Positions 1-6,500 of a DNA stretch of 6,759 nucleotides are shown in pieces. Below the pieces are notes generated by a model. It made no database searches and was not told the DNA's origin. It saw only the letters and a list, made by a program, of their open reading frames with translations. The stretch is from a virus. Its lineage: Duplodnaviria > Heunggongvirae > Uroviricota > Caudoviricetes. The DNA is taken from IMG/VR virus record IMGVR_UViG_3300012155_000195. The stretch is one strand, 5' to 3'. The position numbers were made by a program, and so were the translations under genes. Within the stretch, counting starts at the first letter, position 1. The number at the start of each line of letters is the position of its first letter.

Positions 1-249
1 AACTGCAGTCAGTGAACCGATAAGCGTAGCAAACGTCGCTGAAAACACCGCCATCGTCAATGAATGCTGAGCTGCCTGCAACAGACTGTCGTTGTTCATC
101 AGCAGGCTATACCATTTAGTGGTAAAACCCTGCCAGTTGATGCCAAAGCGCGAGCTGTTGAAAGAGTTCACAATCAAAATAATGATTGGAATATACAGGT
201 ACGCGTAGATAGCGGTCATAAAACCGCCGCGAAGCAGTCGACCGATCAT
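1..249 (-). CDS. potC: Spermidine/putrescine ABC transporter permease PotC, N-terminal 83 codons (partial, runs off window at position 1)
   Basis: Minus-strand ATG at 249-247 preceded by AAGGTGGA RBS. Translation MIGRLLRGGFMTAIYAYLYIPIIILIVNSFNSSRFGINWQGFTTKWYSLLMNNDSLLQAAQHSLTMAVFSATFATLIGSLTAV matches my recollection of E. coli PotC N-terminus; hydrophobic TM1 present. About 50% GC, unlike adjacent AT-rich DNA. Not in the supplied ORF track because it is truncated by the window edge. Confidence 0.8.
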   Translation of the reverse strand, partial: MIGRLLRGGFMTAIYAYLYIPIIILIVNSFNSSRFGINWQGFTTKWYSLLMNNDSLLQAAQHSLTMAVFSATFATLIGSLTAV

Positions 250-300
250 TCGAGTTCCACCTTTTTATTCATAAGGTGGAGCACTTTCAGGATTTTGAAT
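246..300. other. Putative host-prophage junction (attL core region)
   Basis: Upstream reading frame ends KKVELE-TGA with the TGA overlapping the potC ATG (ATGA at 249-246), as expected for the potB-potC junction, but that frame is open for only 39 codons and is AT-rich. Perfect 7-bp inverted repeat ccacctt (257-263) / aaggtgg (273-279) with 9-nt loop. Abrupt compositional shift to AT-rich DNA to the right. Confidence 0.4.
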
Positions 301-318
301 TTATTCAACTTTTTCTCT

Positions 319-352
319 TCTCCAAAATCTCTCCAAAACTTTTCCCCAAAAA
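319..352. repeat. Three tandem ~11-bp direct repeats (tctccaaaatc / tctccaaaact / tttccccaaaaa), candidate arm-type integrase binding sites
   Basis: Direct repeats seen at 319-329, 330-340 and 341-352, about 70-100 bp from the putative core, on the int-proximal side. Lambda-type attP has three tandem arm-type sites at a comparable position. Confidence 0.35.
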
Positions 353-551
353 CAAGCCATGCATTCTACAGTATTTTCATTTATGCACGAATCTTACTAT
401 CCATTGACAATATTACTATTTTATCAAATCAAGTCATGCGGTTAGTGAACTTTGTGTGTTCGTTTTTTGTTCATTTACGATGATGATACTGACAATAGTG
501 GCTAGCTACGCAGGCATATAGAACAAATTAAAATCAATTTCAAGGAATTTA

Positions 552-580
552 TTGACGCTCTTCACGTTTTGTATGATACT
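552..580 (+). promoter_or_regulatory. Putative sigma70 promoter for the ATPase-TOPRIM operon
   Basis: TTGACG (552-557), 17-bp spacer, GATACT (575-580; 4/6 to TATAAT). About 30 bp upstream of the ATG at 611, which has a GGA-containing RBS at 599-603. Confidence 0.3.
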
Positions 581-610
581 AAATTCAACTTCCAAAAAGT
601 GGAAATAATT

Positions 611-1804
611 ATGATTTTTACTAGATTGAAATTTGTAAACCTTTGCGCATTTTCTGATGCAGAATTAAACCTTTCATTTCCCAGAAAGCTGGTTAACTCA
701 CCAATTGATGGTGAATTTTTGTTCGGGAGACCGAAGTTTTATTATCGCAAAGTATGTATCCTCACTGGAGCTAATGCTTCGGGAAAGACTTCCCTTGGTC
801 GTATGTTATGGGGGATTCAGCTTTTCTTGTCCCGGAAAAATTTGTATCAATCAGCTTTTCCTGTAAATGACAAAACCAAGAGTGCTTCCTTTGAGGCAGA
901 TTTTGCAACGGAAGGATTTTTGCATCATCGTATTTTCGTGAAGTTTAGATCCGATAAGTCTGGAACATATTTAATAAGTGAAGTTAAATACGCATCCGTA
1001 TTTATAGGAGAAAATGACTCTTGTGTCAAAACAACAAGAAAATTGGACAGAGTATTTCAAGAGTCAGGTCAGTATATTGCGAATAGCTATTACCATGCAG
1101 TGGCTGCTGATGGGGAATCTGTTTCTTTAGAGAATTTCAAGAAAAATGTGTTTCTTGGTGGATGGTATTATTTATTATCAAAAACAAAGGAAGAAACAAC
1201 AGAAATCTCTGGTTTAGATAAGAATATATTAGAACTTATCATGAAAACCTTTGATCCTAGTATAAAATCAGTTCTTGAATTAAGGGAAAATGATGGTGAA
1301 GAAAATGATAAAGATGTGTTAACGGGGTTTTCTATTCGTTTTCACAATAATGATAATGTTATTGTAACTAACTCTGGAGAAGTTGCTAATTGTGATCGGC
1401 TTTCACGTGGTACATACGATGCTGTAAAATTATCTCATTTTATTAGTTCTATAAATAGTGATTATATGGCATCGTCTGAAACAAATAATATAGCATGTAT
1501 GCTCTATTTTCTTGACGAAAGCATGGCTTATGTTCACTCAGAACTTGAAAGAGCTATCATAACTCTTATTATATCTAAATTGAAGATTAATAGTCAATTT
1601 TTCTATACAACGCATAATTGCGATATTTTTAAATTGGATTTGCCCATTCATTCGTATATTTTCATAAAGAAAGAGCATGATAGCTCAGTATTTGTAGATG
1701 CAAGTGAAATTCTTAAAAAGAATGACAGGAATTTAGCTAAATATGTTGAGAATGATGTTTTTGGTGTTCTTCCCGATTTGTCTTTGATTGAGGCGTTAAT
1801 ATAA
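611..1804 (+). CDS. ABC-type P-loop ATPase (AAA_21/AAA_15-like, OLD/AriA/AbiLi-like ATPase component), 397 aa
   Basis: ORF-track ORF 569..1804; I prefer ATG 611 (RBS 7 nt upstream) over the TTG at 569. Walker A GANASGKTS (767-793), signature-like LSRGT (1400-1414), Walker B MLYFLDE (1499-1519), H-loop TTH (1607-1615). About 200-aa insertion between Walker A and signature. Visibly AT-rich codon usage. Stop TAA overlaps the next ATG. Confidence 0.85.
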   Translation: MIFTRLKFVNLCAFSDAELNLSFPRKLVNSPIDGEFLFGRPKFYYRKVCILTGANASGKTSLGRMLWGIQLFLSRKNLYQSAFPVNDKTKSASFEADFATEGFLHHRIFVKFRSDKSGTYLISEVKYASVFIGENDSCVKTTRKLDRVFQESGQYIANSYYHAVAADGESVSLENFKKNVFLGGWYYLLSKTKEETTEISGLDKNILELIMKTFDPSIKSVLELRENDGEENDKDVLTGFSIRFHNNDNVIVTNSGEVANCDRLSRGTYDAVKLSHFISSINSDYMASSETNNIACMLYFLDESMAYVHSELERAIITLIISKLKINSQFFYTTHNCDIFKLDLPIHSYIFIKKEHDSSVFVDASEILKKNDRNLAKYVENDVFGVLPDLSLIEALI

Positions 1805-2346
1805 TGTCAAAAAATCAGAACGCAAAAATTATTTTTGTTGAAGGTGAAACAGAGTATGCCTTGTTTCAAAAGATGAAGCAAAAAGGTTTGATTAAATTCA
1901 AAAAAATTGTCAAGAAGAATTTTTGGGTTGATGATATAAAGAAATATGCAGTTAACATACCTAAAAATTGTGATTTAATAGTTGTTTTTGATAGTGATGT
2001 TATTGATAGAGTTGATAGATTTATTCAGAATGTTAATTACTTAGCAAGCAGAAAACATTCGATTTTTTTATTGCAACAGACCAGAAATTTCGAAGAGGAA
2101 ATCGCGTATTGCTGCTCTGTAACTTTAAATAAATTGATCGCTTCGTTTTGTAAATGCAAGACATCTGGAGTTGCAGATTTTAAGCGAGATTTTATATCTT
2201 CATCTAATCCTTTTGATAAGCTAGTGGCTTTAGGAATTAACCAGGATAAGTGGTTCAAAAGGGAGTTACATCATTCATTGTTAAGTTTATCAAAGTATAA
2301 ATCAGATTTTTCAACATATTTTAATGCGGATGTTATTAATTTATGA
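1804..2346 (+). CDS. Small TOPRIM-like putative nuclease (DUF4435 / DUF4276 / RloB-like effector component), 180 aa
   Basis: ATG at 1804 overlaps upstream stop (TAATG), indicating translational coupling. N-terminal KIIFVEGETE (E13 at 1840-1842, E15, E17) and LIVVFDSDVID (D63 at 1990-1992, D65 at 1996-1998) match the TOPRIM glutamate and DxD signatures. GAGG RBS at 1790-1793. Confidence 0.8.
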   Translation: MSKNQNAKIIFVEGETEYALFQKMKQKGLIKFKKIVKKNFWVDDIKKYAVNIPKNCDLIVVFDSDVIDRVDRFIQNVNYLASRKHSIFLLQQTRNFEEEIAYCCSVTLNKLIASFCKCKTSGVADFKRDFISSSNPFDKLVALGINQDKWFKRELHHSLLSLSKYKSDFSTYFNADVINL

Positions 2347-2369
2347 TATCTGTGTACTAATGTTATTCG

Positions 2370-2434
2370 TTACTATGGGAGAATTTCATTGTGCTGCTAA
2401 GAAATACAAAGCATAGTAAATCTCCTATTCTCCC
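2370..2434. repeat. Interleaved inverted repeats in the convergent intergenic region between the TOPRIM gene and int
   Basis: ttactatg (2370-2377) pairs with catagtaa (2412-2419); gggagaat (2377-2384) pairs with attctccc (2427-2434). No GC-rich stem plus T-run typical of an intrinsic terminator. Confidence 0.25.
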
Positions 2435-2526
2435 ACATAAGTTAAACGACAGTGCAAGTTTAAATTCGAATCATACTATCAGTATACCTTCAAGATGGCA
2501 ATTATGTTTTTATGGCAAATATCTTA

Positions 2527-3645
2527 TTAAATAACCAATTTAACCCATTCCTGACCACGAGTATCGTTATAACGATCGGTGGTTGCCTGGACTTTATGTC
2601 CCAGTAATGTTTTTGTATCAATACCCTGCGCGCGGTACAGTCGTTCTGACAGGGAGCGTTGTTCATGAAATGTTGGCGGAGTTTTTCCTGCTGGTGGAAT
2701 TATCCCTGCCAGATCCCGTGCTTTGGCAAAGTAGTCGCTCAGGTTGTCTTTACTCATCGGCTTTGGTTGTTTCTGGTGCCGACTATGGATTAGATATGGA
2801 CTTAATATTCTGTCTCGGCACCCATCAATAACTTCTTTTAACGTTATCCCAATGGCATCACAGCGTAGTGTAAGCGGTAACGCCAGACGCATTCCGGTTT
2901 TTCCCTGGGTGATATGCAAGTGTTCGTTCCACACATCTGAAAAACGCATGTGGCAAATGTCATCACGGCGCTGACCAGTAACAATCGCAAGAAGCATTGC
3001 GTTACGGATAAAGTGTTTTTCAGGCGTTGCGTTGTAAATTTTTTGCCAGTCTTCCAGGGTGAGTCTGGCTCTGGTTACTTTAGGGATCGGTTTACGGGTA
3101 GCCTCCGGAGGATTCCATCCAGGAGGAACTTCCCCTGCATGCTGTGCTTCTTTATAAATATCAACCCATAATCCACGATTTACTCTCGCTGTGCTGACCA
3201 TGTCTTTATCCAGCCACTCATCCAGTATTAATGCAAAGTCTCTTACTTCCAGTTCTTTCAATGGGTGGTTTCCCAGACGGGAAACCAGGTATGCAGCCAT
3301 TCGGGCTTTTTCTTTGTGAGTTGTAGCTGCAATATCTCCATTTTTCAGTCGCGTGTCCTGTATTTTCAGATATCGATCAACCCATGCCTTTAATCTGATA
3401 CCCCGACGTTTTGTTGCTGACGGACTTTCATCAATTTTGCGCATGAAATATTCAGCTTCTGCTGCAGCTATTCGCTGATTGGCTGTGGAAGCGATTTTTT
3501 CTGCCTTACCTTTGTCTGTTCCGAGTCCGTGAAATTTTCCAGTCACAGGATTTTTATACTGGTAGTAAACTCTGCCAGTTCTGCGATCAAACTTTTCGTA
3601 AAGACCAGCTACGTCAGTGCTGTTTTTTCGTGGCCTCGGTGACAT
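2527..3645 (-). CDS. int: Lambda-family tyrosine integrase (site-specific recombinase), 372 aa
   Basis: Clear collinear similarity to lambda Int by recall: N-terminal arm-binding region (YYQYKNPVTGKFHGLGTDK vs lambda YCYRDPRTGKEFGLGRDR), catalytic motifs TGQRRDD (Arg), QGKTG (Lys), TFHEQRSLSERLY (His/Arg), LLGHK (His), TDRYNDTRGQEW (Tyr nucleophile). AAGGAGA RBS 9 nt upstream of the ATG at 3645. Confidence 0.95.
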   Translation of the reverse strand: MSPRPRKNSTDVAGLYEKFDRRTGRVYYQYKNPVTGKFHGLGTDKGKAEKIASTANQRIAAAEAEYFMRKIDESPSATKRRGIRLKAWVDRYLKIQDTRLKNGDIAATTHKEKARMAAYLVSRLGNHPLKELEVRDFALILDEWLDKDMVSTARVNRGLWVDIYKEAQHAGEVPPGWNPPEATRKPIPKVTRARLTLEDWQKIYNATPEKHFIRNAMLLAIVTGQRRDDICHMRFSDVWNEHLHITQGKTGMRLALPLTLRCDAIGITLKEVIDGCRDRILSPYLIHSRHQKQPKPMSKDNLSDYFAKARDLAGIIPPAGKTPPTFHEQRSLSERLYRAQGIDTKTLLGHKVQATTDRYNDTRGQEWVKLVI

Positions 3646-3883
3646 GAGTTAAAATCTCCTTCAGTGCATCATCATCGCCAGTATGAATTTCCGGCGCAAT
3701 TCCCGTTTCACCAGGTCCAACAAATACTGCTCGGCGATCTATCAGCCAACGCCCACGAATTTTTTGTGGCCTTGGAACGATGTATCCTAGTTTTCCGTAT
3801 TTCACCAGGGTAGTGTTTGTTATTGGGAGACTGAACCGTTTTGGTTTCCACTCGTCGAGCGTTATCAGGTACTGTTCGCTCAT
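3614..3883 (-). CDS. xis: Excisionase (Xis-like recombination directionality factor), 89 aa
   Basis: Immediately upstream of int and overlapping it by 32 nt, as in lambda. N-terminal MSEQYLITLDEW resembles lambda Xis MYLTLQEW. Start chosen at ATG 3883 (GGAG RBS) rather than the GTG at 3892 used by the ORF track. Confidence 0.8.
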   Translation of the reverse strand: MSEQYLITLDEWKPKRFSLPITNTTLVKYGKLGYIVPRPQKIRGRWLIDRRAVFVGPGETGIAPEIHTGDDDALKEILTHVTEATKKQH

Positions 3884-3944
3884 GGCTATCACTCCGGAAC
3901 GCGCCAGTTGCAGAATACCAACGACAACTGGCGACGGTTGAACA

Positions 3945-6410
3945 TTAAAAATCAGCCTGACTCGGGATCAGTTTTTGCCAGATAGCTGAAACGTATTTTG
4001 CCTGGTAACGGGCGTCATCAAGTGCATTGTGGCGCACCCCTTCGAACGGAATAGCCGTTCTGGCATCGAAGTCTATGGCTTTCCCCAGCTCAACGATTGT
4101 GCGTACATCGCGATCGTTGGACCAGCGCCACGGGCAGGGGATACCATGTCGCTCATATGAACGGCGTAAAATCACGTTGTCGAAGTTGGCTCCATTCCCC
4201 CAGACCCGGACAAAAAATTCACCGGAGTTTTCGTCGATAAATTCCCGCAGTTGCAGCAGTGCATCGTCTAACGGGATTTGATTTACCAAAGTTGCAGATC
4301 TGGCCTCGCTGGACTGTGCCAGCCACCATTCGATGGTGGAACCATCAGGAACAGCACCTTTGTCCATTGCGTCAACTAGGCTGATGACAACATAAAATAT
4401 TGGTCCAATTTCTCCGGTCTGCGGATCGAAAAATATTGCACCTATTGAGATGATCGGGGCATCTGGATTTTTTCCCATGGTTTCAAGGTCGATCATCAGA
4501 TGGTGCCACACCCTGCTGGTGGATGTGATTTGGTGATGACCGTTCATATTAATTAAGGGATCTGTCGCCTCGCCAGTTTCATTATCGCTGGCGTGATGCT
4601 GATTGCCGCCAGGGTTCTCCTTGTGTGGATGTTCAGCGCCTTCCATTTCCTCTGGATCATTTTCCTGAACTTCAACCTGATTCTCTTCATCGAATGTTTC
4701 CTGGTATGTTGCAGCGCCCATCACCGCGCCACAATCAGGGCAGTTGTCACCGCCGGTCTGACCGCAGGCGGTGCAGACTTTTTCCGCTTCCTGTTGCGCT
4801 ACTGGCTCAGGTTGTTTCGTTTCTGGCTCGTTTTGTAACGCATTTGGGCTGTTGTGTTTCGCTTTCTGGTCGTTCTGTTCCGTTTCTTGCTGGTTCTGGT
4901 TCACTGAATCGCGGGGGTCAATCCCCTTCACCCATTTCGGATCATTCGGGTCGCTAATCCCTGCAACAAATTCACCGCGAGAGGCAGCAAGCAACTTATC
5001 GGCGTCAGGCTGGCTGATATTGGCTGCCTGCATAATTTTGTTTACTTCGTCAGCGGTAACTTTTACCTGATTAACTGGATCTACCTGTTTCTGAGTATCC
5101 AGCGATTGCGTGTCCTGGCGATGTTCAGTTGTATCCGGTTCCATTGTTTCAGCCGTTGCCTGTTCATCTGCCATTGCGTCAGACGGTTGTGATTTTTCCT
5201 CATTATTTTTTTCTTCTTCTGTTTCGCGTTCAGCAGCCAGTTCGCGGTTAACTTCTTCCAGGATATCTTTTTCCGGTGTATGTCGTGCAGCAGCGAGAGT
5301 TTCCTCGGTAGGGTTCTCGTGATCAGTCTCTGTTAAATAGGCGTTAATATACCCCTGAAGGCGCCCCGGGTAGTGATAAAACTCAGGGTGTGCGCTTCGG
5401 ATAAGTGCAAAAATAGCGGCACGGGAATAATCCAGAATACCCGGGGTTGAGCGAAGTGCTGCGGACCATTCTTTGAACGGACTTTCTTTCTTCCGGACGA
5501 CTTCTTTTGCGCGACGATAAACGCTGCCCGGGATTTCATAAATATTAAAATCCATCGGAAGTGTGGCCGCTGCAATCTCCACATCCAGCGTATCGAGGGT
5601 GTGCACTAAATTCGGATTGCGATCGGTTTTGTTCCCGCCGCCAGCATTAGCACCGGAAGCCGTGCGGGTGATGCGTGAAACACGATTCCCCTTCATCCAC
5701 TCTTTTGTAAGCAGACCGCGATCGGTGTAGTCAGTGTCAAGGTATGCTTCGATGAAAGCAGTCATCACCCCCAGTTCTGAATTTACGGGGGCGGGAAAAA
5801 CACTGCCAGTATCCCGAACCAGTTTGTATAAATCCCGAATCTCCAGTGGCTCCAGTTGAGCTGCTTTATTTGAAATGGCACGGATTGTAACTGCAGGGAG
5901 TTCCTCATCCAGCGCACTATGTAATGCCCGAAGTTCTTCCCGTGAAACGTGCGTTACTGGTTTTTCGTTGCCGCGTTGAGCAAGCCAGCGAATGGGCAGC
6001 TCCTGACCGGAAACCGGCAGGAGCATGTTCTCCTCAATCTCTGTCATTTCTTCGCCGTTGACGTTGGTATTGTCAGTGCTGGCTGGTTTGTCCTGAACAG
6101 AGGGGGAGGGCGCGATAAGTACCATTGTGATACCATCTTCCCCGCCTTTTTCGTATCGGTTGCAGAATTCGGTATCAAACACGCCTTCCGGAGGAAGGTC
6201 ATTCACAACGGGTAAATGGACGCGAACAGGTTTTTTAAAATCCTCTTCGTCAAATCCGGCATCGTCCATTGCGACAACACCGCGTGATATTGCAACCGAT
6301 AATTTTTTTGCTGTGCGCCAGTAAAAACCGCCTTTAATCCCAAGGCGTTTTCTGACTTTGTCATTTTTGGCTTCGTAATATAGTGCAATTTCTTCTTTAT
6401 CAGTGCTCAT
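3945..6410 (-). CDS. Exodeoxyribonuclease VIII-like mosaic protein with acidic linker, zinc-ribbon-like CxxC..CxxC motif and C-terminal DnaQ-type DEDDh 3'-5' exonuclease domain, 821 aa
   Basis: Long ORF with GAGG RBS upstream of ATG 6410. C-terminal domain has Exo I MIDLETMG (D641 at 4488-4490, E643 at 4482-4484), Exo II GNGANFD (D744) and Exo III HNALDDARYQAKY (H794, D799; 4014-4031). CTACG..CPDCG at residues 546-560 (4731-4775). Glu/Asp/Gln-rich low-complexity regions around residues 360-440 and 500-620. The N-terminal ~350 aa resemble prophage exonuclease VIII (RecE-family) N-terminal regions by recollection only. Confidence 0.85.
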   Translation of the reverse strand: MSTDKEEIALYYEAKNDKVRKRLGIKGGFYWRTAKKLSVAISRGVVAMDDAGFDEEDFKKPVRVHLPVVNDLPPEGVFDTEFCNRYEKGGEDGITMVLIAPSPSVQDKPASTDNTNVNGEEMTEIEENMLLPVSGQELPIRWLAQRGNEKPVTHVSREELRALHSALDEELPAVTIRAISNKAAQLEPLEIRDLYKLVRDTGSVFPAPVNSELGVMTAFIEAYLDTDYTDRGLLTKEWMKGNRVSRITRTASGANAGGGNKTDRNPNLVHTLDTLDVEIAAATLPMDFNIYEIPGSVYRRAKEVVRKKESPFKEWSAALRSTPGILDYSRAAIFALIRSAHPEFYHYPGRLQGYINAYLTETDHENPTEETLAAARHTPEKDILEEVNRELAAERETEEEKNNEEKSQPSDAMADEQATAETMEPDTTEHRQDTQSLDTQKQVDPVNQVKVTADEVNKIMQAANISQPDADKLLAASRGEFVAGISDPNDPKWVKGIDPRDSVNQNQQETEQNDQKAKHNSPNALQNEPETKQPEPVAQQEAEKVCTACGQTGGDNCPDCGAVMGAATYQETFDEENQVEVQENDPEEMEGAEHPHKENPGGNQHHASDNETGEATDPLINMNGHHQITSTSRVWHHLMIDLETMGKNPDAPIISIGAIFFDPQTGEIGPIFYVVISLVDAMDKGAVPDGSTIEWWLAQSSEARSATLVNQIPLDDALLQLREFIDENSGEFFVRVWGNGANFDNVILRRSYERHGIPCPWRWSNDRDVRTIVELGKAIDFDARTAIPFEGVRHNALDDARYQAKYVSAIWQKLIPSQADF

Positions 6411-6500
6411 TGATAAACCTCATTACAGATTTAAGGGTGAACAAATCCCTGCCATTGCTGGCATATAAAAATGAAACCGGATATTAATTACGGTACTGGT

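Noticed and set aside
246-365. Short open frame ending in KKVELE-TGA upstream of potC (possible potB 3' end or small gene)
   Set aside because: Open for only 39 codons after an in-frame TAG, with the only ATG 8 codons from the stop, and AT-rich. Interpreted as the att core / phage-supplied tail, not an independent gene.
64-483. Plus-strand ORF (139 aa) from the ORF track
   Set aside because: Lies antisense to the well-supported potC N-terminus and runs into the AT-rich att region. No RBS, low-complexity translation. Considered spurious.
569-610. TTG start at 569 extending the ATPase by 14 residues
   Set aside because: The extension would overlap the predicted -10 region. ATG 611 has a properly spaced RBS and begins the conserved N-terminal beta-strand typical of these ATPases.
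2037-2258. Minus-strand ORF (73 aa) inside the TOPRIM gene
   Set aside because: Fully nested antisense within a CDS that has strong motif support; no RBS.
611-2346. Toxin-antitoxin or restriction-modification interpretation of the two-gene cargo
   Set aside because: No methyltransferase motifs and no small antitoxin-like DNA-binding protein. The motif content fits an ABC ATPase plus TOPRIM nuclease pair instead.
2583-3171. Three plus-strand ORFs (2583..2831, 2744..2974, 2950..3171)
   Set aside because: All nested antisense within the integrase gene, whose catalytic motifs are intact. Spurious.
3884-3892. GTG start at 3892 for xis (ORF-track start)
   Set aside because: ATG at 3883 has a GGAG RBS at appropriate spacing; the 3-codon extension is unsupported.
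4027-6388. Multiple internal ORFs on both strands (4027..4281, 4593..4838, 4625..4957, 4771..5070, 5110..5322, 5949..6215, 6127..6324 plus; 5333..5584, 6203..6388 minus)
   Set aside because: All fall inside the 821-aa exonuclease CDS, which is continuous and carries recognisable domains. The alternative frames give low-complexity translations.
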